The notes under the pieces are model-generated. The model was given only the letters and a program-made list of their open reading frames with translations. It was not told where the DNA came from and did not search any database. Positions 46,018 to 58,402 of a stretch of 63,209 bases of DNA are shown one piece after another. Position 1 is the first letter of the stretch; each line of letters begins with the position of its first letter. Origin of the DNA: Octopus bimaculoides (taxonomy: Eukaryota); contig NC_068982.1 of NCBI RefSeq assembly GCF_001194135.2, positions 67,055,136-67,118,344 of the forward strand, read 5' to 3'. The position numbers were made by a program, and so were the translations under genes.

Positions 46018-46700
46018 GATCACGCTCAAATGGTGCTATTTACGTGCCACCGGCACGGAAGCCAGACCGCTGCTCTGGCAACAATCACGCTCAGACGGTG
46101 CTCTTAGTGCTCCACTGGTACAGGTGCCATCACGATTTCGCTTTCGCTTGCCCCAACGGGTCTTCACAAGCAGAGTTTAATCTTCAATGAAAGAGATGTT
46201 GGCATGGGTGCCAGTCGTCAAATTTAGTTTGATTTCGATTTCACTTGCCTCAACAGGTCTTCGCAAGCAGAGTTTAGTGTCCAATGACCATACCAGCGTA
46301 ATCATCTCTCTTGCACACCATAACTGATACTTCTTAGGTTCAACTTTTCTCTCAAGATACTTACGCGCTGACGGGTATGTACACTGACATTATTCATCCA
46401 TCGGAGCATACTGGCTTCATTCCTTGAGAGCTTATGCATGTCCTCAGCAGTCATGCCCATGTTTCACTGCCATGTAGCATGACTGTTTGTACACATGCGT
46501 CATACAGTCTGCCTTTTACTCTGAGAGGCCCTTTGTTGCAGCAGAGGTAAGAGCTCTTTGAACTTTGCCCAGGCTATTCTTATTCTAGCAGCTACACTTT
46601 CAGTGCACCCTCCCCCACTACTAACTTGGTCACCCAGATAGCGGAAGCTATCAGCTACGTCTAGTTTTTTCTCCCTTGAATGTGACATAAGTTGTTTTCT
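46018..46700 (-). mobile_element. RTE LINE RT C-terminus plus 3' UTR with tandem subrepeats
   Basis: EKKLDVADSFRYLGDQVSSGGGCTESVAARIRIAWAKFKELLPLL. Confidence 0.88.
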
Positions 46701-46779
46701 GCACACACACACACACACATATATATATAGGTATATATATATATATATGCACAGATATATATATTTATATATATGAAGG

Positions 46780-46940
46780 CAGTGAGCTAGCAGAACGGTT
46801 TGTACATTTGGAAAAATGCTTAGTGGCATTTTGACTAACTTTATGTGGGGTCGATAAAATAAGTACAAGTTGAGTATGAAGTCAATGTAATCAACTATCT
46901 CCTCCTCCAAAATTGCTGGTCTTGTGCCAAAATTTGAGAT

Positions 46941-46945
<5 letters not shown>
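46780..46945 (+). mobile_element. SINE family D (deleted)
   Basis: GGCAGTGAGCTAGCAGAACGG...GGGGTCGATAAAATAAGTAC...AAAATTGCTGGTCTTGTGCC. Confidence 0.7.
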
Positions 46946-46978
<33 letters not shown>

Positions 46979-46999
46979 ATGTGTGTGTGTGTGTGTGTC

Positions 47000-47195
47000 A
47001 AACAAACAAACAGTTGAAAAAAAACAGAAAAAATAGAAAGAAACGAACGTGTGGACGTACATAAAAAATATATTAACTTGATGGTCTTTGAAGTGAGAGA
47101 GTTGTTTTTTAACGTTTCGCGCATAGCTCTTCATCAGAAACAGGAAAGTCCAAAGAGAAAGAAGGAAAAATAAGGAAACATCGCCAATAATCCAC
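47000..47195 (-). mobile_element. Solo Penelope-like pseudo-LTR fragment (second family)
   Basis: Carries a hammerhead core; flanked by TA/TG microsatellites. Confidence 0.6.
47108..47140 (-). ncRNA. Minimal hammerhead ribozyme motif
   Basis: UUU CUGAUGA A GAGC UAU GCGC GAAA CG UU / AAA: 3-bp stem I, stem II with one A-G mismatch, palindromic AACGUU. Confidence 0.6.
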
Positions 47196-47202
47196 GTGCA
47201 GT

Positions 47203-47238
<36 letters not shown>

Positions 47239-49094
47239 TGAGAAAATCACAGAATAGATGACAAATTTAAGGAGCTTTTTCTTTTCCCATAAGGATATCT
47301 GATTGATTACCTTATGGTATTCATACATACTCTCTGTATGCCGAGTTCAGATACCACTCTGATCAATTTTCATCCTTTCGAGAGTTATTATCAGCCCAGT
47401 AGTATGATCGATTCTCTCTCTCTCTCTCTCTAAGAAGTCAGCTGTGGTGAGACCTGGAGATGGATGGGCTCCGTCTAATTCTTAGACACGCCGTACGTCT
47501 TAACGACGCCCCCTTCGGAAGTTGAAGTCTCAAAGAAACGCTATTATATAATTTGTGTTGTCATAGCATACCAATCGTATAGTCAGTTAATAAGCAACTT
47601 AAAATATTCATTTAACTACCATTATTTGAAATATGCTCTTTTGAAATGTGCTCTTTTCCCTGTGGCTGAAATGTGATATTTTTCCTGCGCGCTACCCCAC
47701 GACCAAAAGTGCTATGTTTGTATCGCTTTTTTTTCAGTGATTTTATTTCCGTTTGCTGTTTTTATCCTTATAAATCTGCTTTCACCAACATTCAAGTATC
47801 AATATTTGAAGCCCCTTACGTTCTGAGCGCCTCCGAATCGACTAGGCCCTCTCCCAAGACCTTGTGAGAAATTAACTTTAAAGACTTATGGTGCACGCGC
47901 ACACAGGCGCGTGAACCTACGCATATAATGAGTATGAAAGAAGAGAGATCGAGAGAGAAAGACAGAGGGTGAGACATGTAAGAAGGGAGAGGATAGAGAG
48001 AGAGACAGAATTGTAGGGATAGAAGAAAAAAGGAATGAAAAAGAGAACGCACTCGAGGAGTAATGAATAGTGAAATACAAGAAGAAAATAAGGTGTTTAA
48101 TCTCGTCTCCCCAGCTTATCAATTTTCACATGGGTTAGATAGACATCAGTTCCCAGAGGCTCCTACTTCCAACCAACATTCTAAATAAAGAGGAACTAAT
48201 GTGTCGACATTTTCATTCGATAAAAACCGGAATATTGACGAAAGTGGCAAGGATAAGGCGAAAGAATTGTGATTGCTTTACAGATCAGGAATTTAGAAAT
48301 CAATTGATTTTTATCTGTCAAGATTATCAGCGGAAGATGCGATTTAGTGTTGAACATATATATATATATTCGTTTACTTTAGGTTTCATTCACTTTTCTT
48401 CTTGTGTTAATGTAAAAGTCTTCTTAACATCGTAAAACATGTTTAGAGAATTTTTCTAAGGGACAGTTTGAACGATTCTGTGGTTTGTTTTATAACACCG
48501 AGTCCCCCTCGACTAACAAATAAATTTGCCTTGTATCTGCGGCAATCGCAGAAAGAGGAAACTACCCAAGCTATCTAGTACAACATGATTAGCAAATAAA
48601 TGAAGCTAAAAATTTCCCTAATTTTGCAGTTAGTAGGCATTGAGTTTTGTCTACGAGGTCAGGTTTTAGGTTTGGTAGGCAAAACAGGTTGCAAAATTTT
48701 ACATTTTCCAGTTTCCGATAAATTATTTAAGAAGAATTCAACAACTGTTAATTTAGCCTTCTTAATTTCATTATTTCATTTATTTATTTATTTGAAAAGC
48801 ATGTTTTTTCTTTTATTCTCGTGTATAAAATTTCCTCCGCGGGTTTTGTACGCAAATCTTATAAATCATTAATTTTAGTTTTGTCATCTTTCGGTAGATA
48901 ATAGACATTTATGATTGAGTTAACCTTAAAATATTTCAGAACCCATCCAGGTGGGATTTGAACTCTCACGTAAGTTAAAGAACAAATTCCATATCGTAAA
49001 AAAAACTAACCTCCCTGTTCAACTGATATCTAATACAAATGACAATATCTCTGAAGTTTAATATACACAACACTATCATATTGTGACTATTACT

Positions 49095-49460
49095 AACATC
49101 CCGTTCGATCTGCTAGAAATAGCAATCAAATCTCATTCCACTCCCACCCCACTACAACTTTTAAAATGGAAGAATACAGTTAAATATACAAAAAGATAGG
49201 ATGAGCACAGTTGGAATACCTTTCGTCATACTATAGTTCGATTGGCTATATCAAGGAAAGCCACCGAGGGAGCATGAACGAGGTTGCCCGAATTGCTAGA
49301 ATTAGCAGCCAGACCCCCTTCAAATCACACACCACCGCCTAGGAAAAGGGGTGACGTAGACAATGGGGTCCCTAAATATTCTTAAACCGATAGAATCGCC
49401 ACAGTTGAAATGTTTGTGATAATAAGACTACTCGATCAGGTTCGCCTAGGGCTTAATTAA
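49095..49460 (+). repeat. Two tandem family F copies
   Basis: CGATCTGCTAGAAATAGCAATCAAATC; GCTAGAATTAGCAGCCAGAC. Confidence 0.7.
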
Positions 49461-49514
49461 CAGTCATAATCACATGTAAATCTAGAGCCTATTGAATTTG
49501 AAAAATACAATTCC

Positions 49515-49592
<78 letters not shown>

Positions 49593-49933
49593 GGAGAGAG
49601 AGAGAGAGAGAGAGAGAGTCATATAGAATAGAGTTGGAAATTATCTATTTCGCCAAAATGTGCAATATCTTCGGATTTGTATGTTTTAAACAACGGAGAT
49701 TATGGCTCTGCAACATCTCTGTAAAAATGATAAAATTCCGAAACGGAACTCTGCCAAATAATTGGCTTTGTGAAAAGTTTTATTTTGCATAATCATAATC
49801 TCCGGTGTTTAAAACATACATGTGAAAGAAACAAAATTTGAAAAATGTCAAAAAGAAAGTTACAGAAAGTTGAGAAAGTGGGCATGTGTGTGTGAGTACG
49901 TGTGTGTGCGTGCGTGTACAAAAGCTCGTTCAG

Positions 49934-50226
49934 ATGAGGGCACCGCCCATGATCCTTTCACAGCTGCTGACACGGAAAGGAAGAAGTTATCCCAAGGCCC
50001 AATTACTTTGCAACAGAATGAACTCCCAAATGCTGCCCAACGGTCAGCTGGCTATGTAAGACCGAGCGATGTAAAACCCCAAGTTGAACAAAACAAGGAT
50101 TTCCTAGTAGATCATGCTACCAAAGAAGAAAAGAAAGGCCAAGAAAATACACGTGGAATGAGAGGGAGATTTAAGGCTGTGAAAAACATATTTCATAGCA
50201 ACTGTGAATTGTCAACTACAAGTTGA
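49934..50226 (+). CDS. Candidate orphan terminal exon (about 97 codons)
   Basis: Stop-free DEGTAHDPF...KEEKKGQENTRG...STTS*; hydrophilic; weak acceptor. Confidence 0.25.
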
Positions 50227-50269
50227 AAGTAGTAAGAATTGAAGACCCTATAAGCGATAATATGTAAAG

Positions 50270-50680
50270 TGATCGCTCGATCTGCTAGAAATAGCAGCCA
50301 AATCTTTCTGAAATCACACCCTACTATCTTATATCATTAAGGCATTAGATAATGTGGTCTTACATGTATTGTATCTAAAATCAAGAGGAAATGGCAGTGG
50401 CTGGAATACTTTTGCTCAAAGGTTTGCTTAACCAGATTTAACCTGGGGTTAAACAACGTGACTTGATCAAATTAAGTAGCGTTTACGTGATTGCTCGATC
50501 TGCTAGAAATAGCAGCCTTACTTCGTATCATTACCGTCTTATACAAGATGATATTTAAGACTACATTGGATAACACAGAGGATTAAGGTTACATAATGAC
50601 TGAATAAAAGACAGGATGGTCATAGCTGGAAAAGCTTTCATCATAAGTTTGTCAAATTAGGGCTGACTTGGGTTAATTTT
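50270..50680 (+). repeat. Two tandem family F copies
   Basis: GCTCGATCTGCTAGAAATAGCAGCC x2 with GGCTGGAAT and GGGGTTAAACAAC parts. Confidence 0.75.
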
Positions 50681-50945
50681 TAAAAAAATTATTATTATTA
50701 TTATCATTAAAGTTAATAATATCGATTATTTATTAATGTCTCAAAATTGATAGATTGGGTACATTACGAGGACAAGTTGTAAAATGGAATTAATAGCAAA
50801 ATATGGCAATATCTAATGACGTAGACCACTACCTAGGACTAATGGAAAAATCCCACAGGTCAACGATTACTAAGGGTAAATGCGTTCTTTCAGCTGTTTT
50901 CTTTGGCCTACAAAGCATATGATGTGAGTGGGCCCAGAGTCCGGA

Positions 50946-51202
50946 TTATGATTGTAAATCTAGCCGACACATGAACATATTTACTGAAGAGGCAGTATCT
51001 CTTTTTCTACACTCATTTTCTTCTCCATGTGTTAAACTTTTAAAGTCAACGTGAGTTTGGCCGAAGAGGAAAGTGTCTGAAGTCAATACTTTCAGTCGTG
51101 TCCACGACACAACTTCTTTCACCATAGGCACCAGAGAGAGGAAAACTACCTGTCCTTCCCGATCAAAAGAAGGCAGCGAGATGCCGGTTGAACTCGTATC
51201 GA
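50946..51202 (-). CDS. Candidate exon, phase-1 start (xDTSSTGISLPSFDREGQVVF...CRLDLQS*)
   Basis: catcttacAG|TCGATAC; open to the stop at 50946; phase-compatible with 54352-54418. Confidence 0.3.
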
Positions 51203-51267
51203 CTGTAAGATGTTGCTATCTCGGAAGTAAATGTTTATTATTATATGTTAAACATAGTCGTACAAGT

Positions 51268-51347
<80 letters not shown>

Positions 51348-51531
51348 CACATACATACATACGTAGAGTGAGAGTGTGTATGTGTGTGCGAGACGTTTGG
51401 TGGAACAAACGCACATACAAACATATTTGTATATAAATATACTTTTTGATAAGTGCCATACACGAAAGTCTCGGTCCTTGAGCTACTTCTGTAACTTTCT
51501 GTCGAATACAAAATACTAAAAAGTATACTTA

Positions 51532-51562
<31 letters not shown>

Positions 51563-51865
51563 TATTATATATATATATATACATACAAACACACACACAC
51601 ACACAAACATTATATATATATATATATATATATATACATACAAACATACACACACACACATGATCAGGATGAAACGCAGCAACGCGGTATAATGATAGTG
51701 AAAGAAGTGTTGATAACCGATGTAGTGTATGTAGTAATATATATTATTACTATAATTATTTCCAGAAATAACTGTTATGTGTTGTAGCGACAGCAAAATA
51801 CTAAAATAATCACATCACAAATTACTGGCCATCACAACTAAGTTGGTAAAGAACCATCATCTTAC

Positions 51866-51988
51866 CTCTGGATTTTGTGGAATCTGTCCACAGTTCGAAT
51901 CTGGTCTACTTCCCACCGACACAATCCACACCATGTCCGGACGAATGACTGACCTCTGTGGTTGTTGACCACCACCAAACGGCAACAT
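51866..51988 (-). CDS. Candidate exon (MLPFGGGQQPQRSVIRPD...QIPQNPE)
   Basis: GAG|GTAAGA donor at 51865; two of three frames open; no good acceptor. Confidence 0.25.
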
Positions 51989-52461
51989 TGATGCAATGTG
52001 AAGTTAAAAAAGCATCTTCAATGTCTACATGCCAAAATTGTTTTTCATTCATCCTTTGTTATTCTGTTTTGTCACTAAATAGTATTTTACGAATACATAT
52101 CTTCTCATGTTTGTCAAATTTCACACACTGCTGCTATGTGAATGTACCCTAGTATGTTTCCGTCATAACACTGCCGCTTTCTGGGTTTTAGGTATAAGCT
52201 TCCGTCGGCACCCAGGTTGCTGTGCACATATAAAAAAACGTGTTTGCTGTACGCTGTGCACATACGTAAAGCAGATTTGTCTTCGACAAAGCTCGAGCGA
52301 CAGAAGATGGATATATTGAAGCAGGAAAACGACTACTTTAATGGTGATACAGACTTGGAACGGTGTTGTGCGTAGACATGTACTCGTCCGTGTAGATTAG
52401 TGGTCAGCATGTATGTATCAATGTATGTGTATGCGCACGCGCGCGTATATACATATATGTA

Positions 52462-52494
<33 letters not shown>

Positions 52495-53589
52495 GAGTAT
52501 TGGTTAGCACGTTCGCGTCATTCACAGCTTCTTTACTAGAGCGAAAGTGGAAAATGTCGAAGGCATCTTCGCAAAAGCATGTCTTGGACTCTTGAACCGT
52601 GACAACAGATAGGCAGGTCGCTCTCTCTCTCTCTCTCACTCACTTAATAATGACGTATGTGTGTGTGTGTGTCATACGTGTTCGTGTGAGAAAAACAGAA
52701 AGGGAAAATTAGAAGCTGATGATGATACTGACAGCCGTGCTTCAACTGACAAAAACTAACAAAGTGTATCGCTAGCACACACCTTGCTGTATGGACAAGC
52801 TTTGTAACCTGGACTGGCCTGCATTTGATAGTGATCTTCACTAAATGTTATTAGTCCTACAGGAGTCTTGCTTAATGCGTGATATATATATTCAGAGCTG
52901 CGTATGTGCGAGACCTGCTGTTGTCACTCGTCCACTACCATAATGAATGATTGTTCTGTCCAGATGGTTATACAATACATACCTGTATTAAGGCAAACAG
53001 CGCGAAGGAAAAAATATATAACGCATAATTTTTTTTTTTTTTTTTTACGGTTAAAGTCAGTTCTCCGTGGTCATCGTCGTCGTCATCATTACCATCTGTA
53101 GCACCATCATCACCCTTCAATGTATTATCTGCGATAATACATGTTTTTACCATCACAATCCTACCTGCTACAACAATATCCTTCCTCAATCTTATGCACT
53201 TTCTACTAGAGTTCACTCATTCTCTATTTTCTTCCTCTCTCATTTATACGTCTCTCTCTCTCTCTCTCTGATACACATTCTGTATTTCTAATCTTCGACC
53301 CGATTTCCCCACAAATCTTCACTTACATAAAATCAACATACATTTAATATACACGCACTAACGAACGTACAAACGTTACTGAAATATAACGAAATAATAC
53401 TTCAAATGCATGGGTATTTTTTTACCTCATTCTATAACCATGCACTTACACTTACTATACATTTTCATGTTAAATTAATTCATGCATACATATATGTATA
53501 TATACATAGATATACATATATATGTATATAGTGTATGTATGCATATGTTATGTATATATTATATGCTATGTATAAAAAATATGCATATA

Positions 53590-53782
53590 TTCTTTCACTT
53601 GTTTCAGTCATTTGACTGTGGCCATGCTGGAGCACCGCCTTTAGTCAAGCAAATGGACCCCAGGACTTATTCTTTGTAAGCCTAGTACTTATTCTGTCGT
53701 TCCTTTTTGCCGAACCATTAAGTTACAGGGACGTAAACACACCAGCATCGGTTGTCAAGCGATGGAGTGGGGGGACATACAG

Positions 53783-53785
<3 letters not shown>
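53590..53785 (-). mobile_element. SINE family C, CpG-intact
   Basis: TTGTTTCAGTCATTTGACTGTGGCCATGCTGGAGCACCGCC...GGGACGTAAACACACCAGCATCGGTTGTCAAGCG. Confidence 0.85.
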
Positions 53786-53821
<36 letters not shown>

Positions 53822-54286
53822 NNNNNNNNNNNNNNNNNNNNNNNNNNNNNNNNNNNNNNNNNNNNNNNNNNNNNNNNNNNNNNNNNNNNNNNNNNNNNNN
53901 NNNNNNNNNNNNNNNNNNNNNNNNNNNNNNNNNNNNNNNNNNNNNNNNNNNNNNNNNNNNNNNNNNNNNNNNNNNNNNNNNNNNNNNNNNNNNNNNNNNN
54001 NNNNNNNNNNNNNNNNNNNNNNNNNNNNNNNNNNNNNNNNNNNNNNNNNNNNNNNNNNNNNNNNNNNNNNNNNNNNNNNNNNNNNNNNNNNNNNNNNNNN
54101 NNNNNNNNNNNNNNNNNNNNNNNNNNNNNNNNNNNNNNNNNNNNNNNNNNNNNNNNNNNNNNNNNNNNNNNNNNNNNNNNNNNNNNNNNNNNNNNNNNNN
54201 NNNNNNNNNNNNNNNNNNNNNNNNNNNNNNNNNNNNNNNNNNNNNNNNNNNNNNNNNNNNNNNNNNNNNNNNNNNNNNNNNNNNNN
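53822..54286. other. Assembly gap (about 465 N)
   Basis: N run. Confidence 1.
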
Positions 54287-54351
54287 TATATGTATATATA
54301 CATTTATATACATACATATATATATATATATATATACACACAAAGACTTAC

Positions 54352-54418
54352 CTTGGGCCTTCAATTTCTTAGTACAATCATAGGGACGCCGTCGTGACTC
54401 ACGGCGTGTCTTGGGCAT
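54352..54418 (-). CDS. Candidate first coding exon, MPKTRRESRRRPYDCTKKLKAQ, phase-1 intron
   Basis: acaaATG context; CAAG|GTAAGT consensus donor; CpG-rich unique sequence; basic NLS-like RRRPY. Confidence 0.45.
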
Positions 54419-54759
54419 TTGTAAATCCGTCGGAATCCATCCCTCTCCATGATCGACCACTGCCGACTTCTTTGAGAAAGAGAGACGGGGTGGGGAGAGA
54501 ATGAGCGAAAAGGAAGAGACTACCTTAGTATAAGACTGATACTTTTATTTATCAACCCGGAGAGGATGAATCGTAAAGTTGACTTCTGGGCGCAAAGAGC
54601 TGGAACAATTACCTTAAAGTTGTGTATCTGAAGCTCTTACAATCTGTCAATTGGCCTGCCTTATGTAATAAGTGTGTGTATGTGTGCGCGCGCACGCGTA
54701 GAAGGAGAGGAGAGAGAGAGAGACGCAGACAGACAGGGAGACTGACAAACAGACGATTT

Positions 54760-54915
54760 GCAGAGTCGTTAGGGCGTTGTATAGATTGTTAATCGGTAAT
54801 TGCTCTGGCTCTCTATGCTCTGAGTTCAAATCCCGTTGGGGTCTACTTTGCTGTTGTTCCTTCTGGAGTCGAGTCGATAAATAAAGTACTAGTTGTGTAC
54901 TTGGGTCGATTCTTC
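54760..54915 (+). mobile_element. SINE family D fragments
   Basis: GCAGAGTCGTTAGGGCG...CTGAGTTCAAATCCC...GTCGATAAATAAAGTACTAG. Confidence 0.65.
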
Positions 54916-55729
54916 TGTTTCCGTTACTCTTTCTGTTAAAAAAAATTTAGACCTGGGTTTGACCACACGACCTGATTTTTAAATACCCAAGACACACTGT
55001 ATGTTGCGACGACGCTTTTATAATTCGTCCAATAAATTGAAAGTTCAAGGCAAGGCAAGACATAAATATAAAATATTCTGCAGTGTCTTCTTTACCCTAA
55101 AAGAGGCGCTCGATAAACACTTACGCGAAGAATATGCGAGGTTCACAAACGGATGGTGAGCTGTGAACAAATAATCACGTTACGAAACATCATTGAGATT
55201 TTGTGAGTCCCAGCAGCCGTCTGTGGACAGTTTCATCGTTGCCAAGAAGCTCCTTAGCAGCTTGTGCAAGGAAGCTCTATAGGGGACTAGCTTAAGTAAC
55301 CGGCGTTGCTCAGAAGTTTAAAGAATGCTAAAGGAAATAAATATATTTATTCTGATAAAAAAGATATTTTCAGAAAGATATTTTCAGATGACGTGAGACT
55401 AAATTAAGTTATTAAAACAAATCCTGAAATCAAATATACAATGTTTTTAGTGTGTTCTTTAATCGGTGTGCAAAGAAAAAGAGTTTTGGGACTTCCAGCT
55501 CGCGAACATCCTACATATGATCGCCCATGAGAAAAGCAAGTTTAAGTCCAACAACGTTGAGAGATTGTGCTTGAGATTTGTTTATGGACATAGAAAAACT
55601 TAGTTTCACTGGGAACTGGAGCTGTTTAAATTCATAGGGGAGGTCAGATGGGATTAATGCAATCCGTGAAATGAAAACATCATCTCCCTTATATTTCCCA
55701 AGAGAAATGAATTTCGGCGGTCAGGACTA

Positions 55730-56491
55730 AACCTATTGTTCCATTATCACAATTAAAAAGCGTTTATCTTTACTTTAAAAAAAAAAGAGGTGGTGGTCGT
55801 AGACGTATGACGGAGAATTATTCAATATCGTGTTTTCTTCTATCAGAATCGTTTACCTTTAAAGCGAAAAAACAAAACCGAGGTATACGACAGGTATGTA
55901 AAACATATATCTGGTTTTGAAAAAAAGGAAAAAAAATCTAGTGCCATCCCCTCCCAGAACATTCCCCGAGTAATGGAAAACCTTCATGCCAAATTTGGTA
56001 CAGATTGATCCGGCAGTTTGACCGTGCAGAACAATAAGCCATATGGTTAGGGGAAAATTGTAGATTCGATTTCGAATTGAGGTAGGACCAATATCCATAG
56101 TCACATCGGATTTAAATATGAAATATCGAGTGTACTCTAGCTAATTTTATTAGGTCCAGTCCACGAACAATTATATTTCAATAAATCATGTCAATATTTC
56201 TAACTTATGCCACGGGAATATTGAACTTTAAAACTTAAGTTTATCGTATGAATTTGAAAGATATCCTACAGTGTATAAATAAGCGTGTGTCCGTATGAAG
56301 ACCTTTTATTATTTAGAAACCTTACTGTTTCTTTTTCTTTAAACCTTGTTTCATTATCACAATTAAAAAGCATTTCAGAATTGTTTACCTTTAAAACGAA
56401 AAAACAAAACTGACATAATTTCAGACAGCCAAATTTGGTTCTGATTGATCCAGCTGTTTGGCCGTGCATAGAGGAAAAACACATACGCACA

Positions 56492-56532
<41 letters not shown>

Positions 56533-56707
56533 ACGCACACACACACACACACACAGAGTAAGAATAAAAGTGAAACAATTAGTGAAAGAAAAGTGAGACA
56601 ATAAAAGTGAAACTAGTGTTATGAAAAGTGAAGCAAAAAAAATTCGGGTCATATAGGGGTGGGGGCGACAGCCCCTTTTATGGGCAGGGGCCAAAATTTG
56701 ACCCCAC
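55730..56707. mobile_element. Non-autonomous element with duplicated internal module
   Basis: TTATCACAATTAAAAAGC / TTTACCTTTAAA.CGAAAAAACAAAAC / CCAAATTTGGT...GATTGATCC.GC.GTTTG.CCGTGCA at about 55740-56030 and 56350-56470. Confidence 0.55.
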
Positions 56708-57025
56708 NNNNNNNNNNNNNNNNNNNNNNNNNNNNNNNNNNNNNNNNNNNNNNNNNNNNNNNNNNNNNNNNNNNNNNNNNNNNNNNNNNNNNNNNNNNNN
56801 NNNNNNNNNNNNNNNNNNNNNNNNNNNNNNNNNNNNNNNNNNNNNNNNNNNNNNNNNNNNNNNNNNNNNNNNNNNNNNNNNNNNNNNNNNNNNNNNNNNN
56901 NNNNNNNNNNNNNNNNNNNNNNNNNNNNNNNNNNNNNNNNNNNNNNNNNNNNNNNNNNNNNNNNNNNNNNNNNNNNNNNNNNNNNNNNNNNNNNNNNNNN
57001 NNNNNNNNNNNNNNNNNNNNNNNNN
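56708..57025. other. Assembly gap (about 318 N)
   Basis: N run. Confidence 1.
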
Positions 57026-57299
57026 GCATAGAAGAAACACACACACACACACACACACAGAAGATTTTATATATATATATAGATAGTCGTGTTGTATGGA
57101 TATATAATCGTGTTGTATGGAGTGCCTATCTGCTGTATAAACATTATGCGATCACTTTGCCAAAAAACACATTGCTATGTCAGAACCAAAAATGGTAACA
57201 CGCAGAGATTTGACGTTGTAACAACATAATTGTGTTAGGGATATATACGGCCCCCCCCCTTTTTTTTTCTTTGTTCCTGCTGGTGGTGAATTTGATAAT

Positions 57300-57990
57300 G
57301 AGGAAGTCTAAAGAAAGAAGAATCAGCATACGGCATCAAATGGGACAGGGATGACTCGTAGACCTCGACTTCCCCGATGATGTGAAATTCCTCAGAACGA
57401 CACCTACAGTACTGTTGCAAGACATGATAACTAGTCTCAGTAACAGGAGCTCAAATGTTGGTCTTCAAATTAGCAATGAAAAGACAAAATTGATGCACTG
57501 CAGGATGCACTGGAAGGCCAGGTGCTGGAAATCGTCAATTTGTTCAAGAATCTGGGCAGTAACATTACCAATGATAGAATTTCGGAAAGTGATGTGTAGA
57601 GACTCAGCAAAGATGCTGCTTGTCTTCCAGTACCTGGCGCCCGTATGCTCCAACTCTTTCATCAACCAAAGCACCACATTCCACCTGAATACATCCATTG
57701 GCAAATCGACGCCGATTTATGCTTCTGAGACTTGTAAGAAGACCAGTAGAAAACTTAAGCTGTCTTCCACATATGTTGCCTTAATACCGTACTAAAAATC
57801 TGACTTCACTATATCATGAATGAAGAAGTTGTGGAAAAGGGCGAACTAACTAACCTACAGAATAATTCTAACTTTGAGACGGCGGAATGTGTTTGTCTAC
57901 ATGCTCATGAAGAGATCAGTTAGAGCCTCTCTCCAGTGGAAACGAGAAAAGTGTAGGCAAAGATGCAAGCCTTGCAGATATGGAGCTAGT
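57300..57990 (+). mobile_element. RTE-clade LINE RT fragment
   Basis: DLDFPDDVKFLRTTPTVLLQDMITSL...VGLQISNEKTKLM; IYASETCKKT. Confidence 0.8.
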
Positions 57991-58402
57991 CTGGGAGCAG
58001 GTTCATGATAGTGCTTGCGACAGTACTGAGTATAGATCTCTCACCACCCAATGTTTCATGCAGAAGAAGAGAAACTGCGACTAGGACTACTATATGTATG
58101 TATGTATGTGTTTTATTCTATATGTGTTTACCACTCATTACCCCTTCTTTCAGAAGAACGACATATATCCGAAACGTCAGAGATACGCTTTTTCTTTCCT
58201 TTTAAGCGTTAAACTAACGCCTCATTCCTTTGAACTGTGTACTTCCCTGGTTTCGTTTTGCTTTACTTGTTTTTCATTTGTTTTGTGTGTGTGTGTGTGT
58301 ACACGTAAAGCCCTGGTCAACTCGAACTTTACTACACACGCACACAGATAGATAGATAGATAGATAGATATCGACTTTGCCAATACTTAAGGCTCAACCT
58401 AA

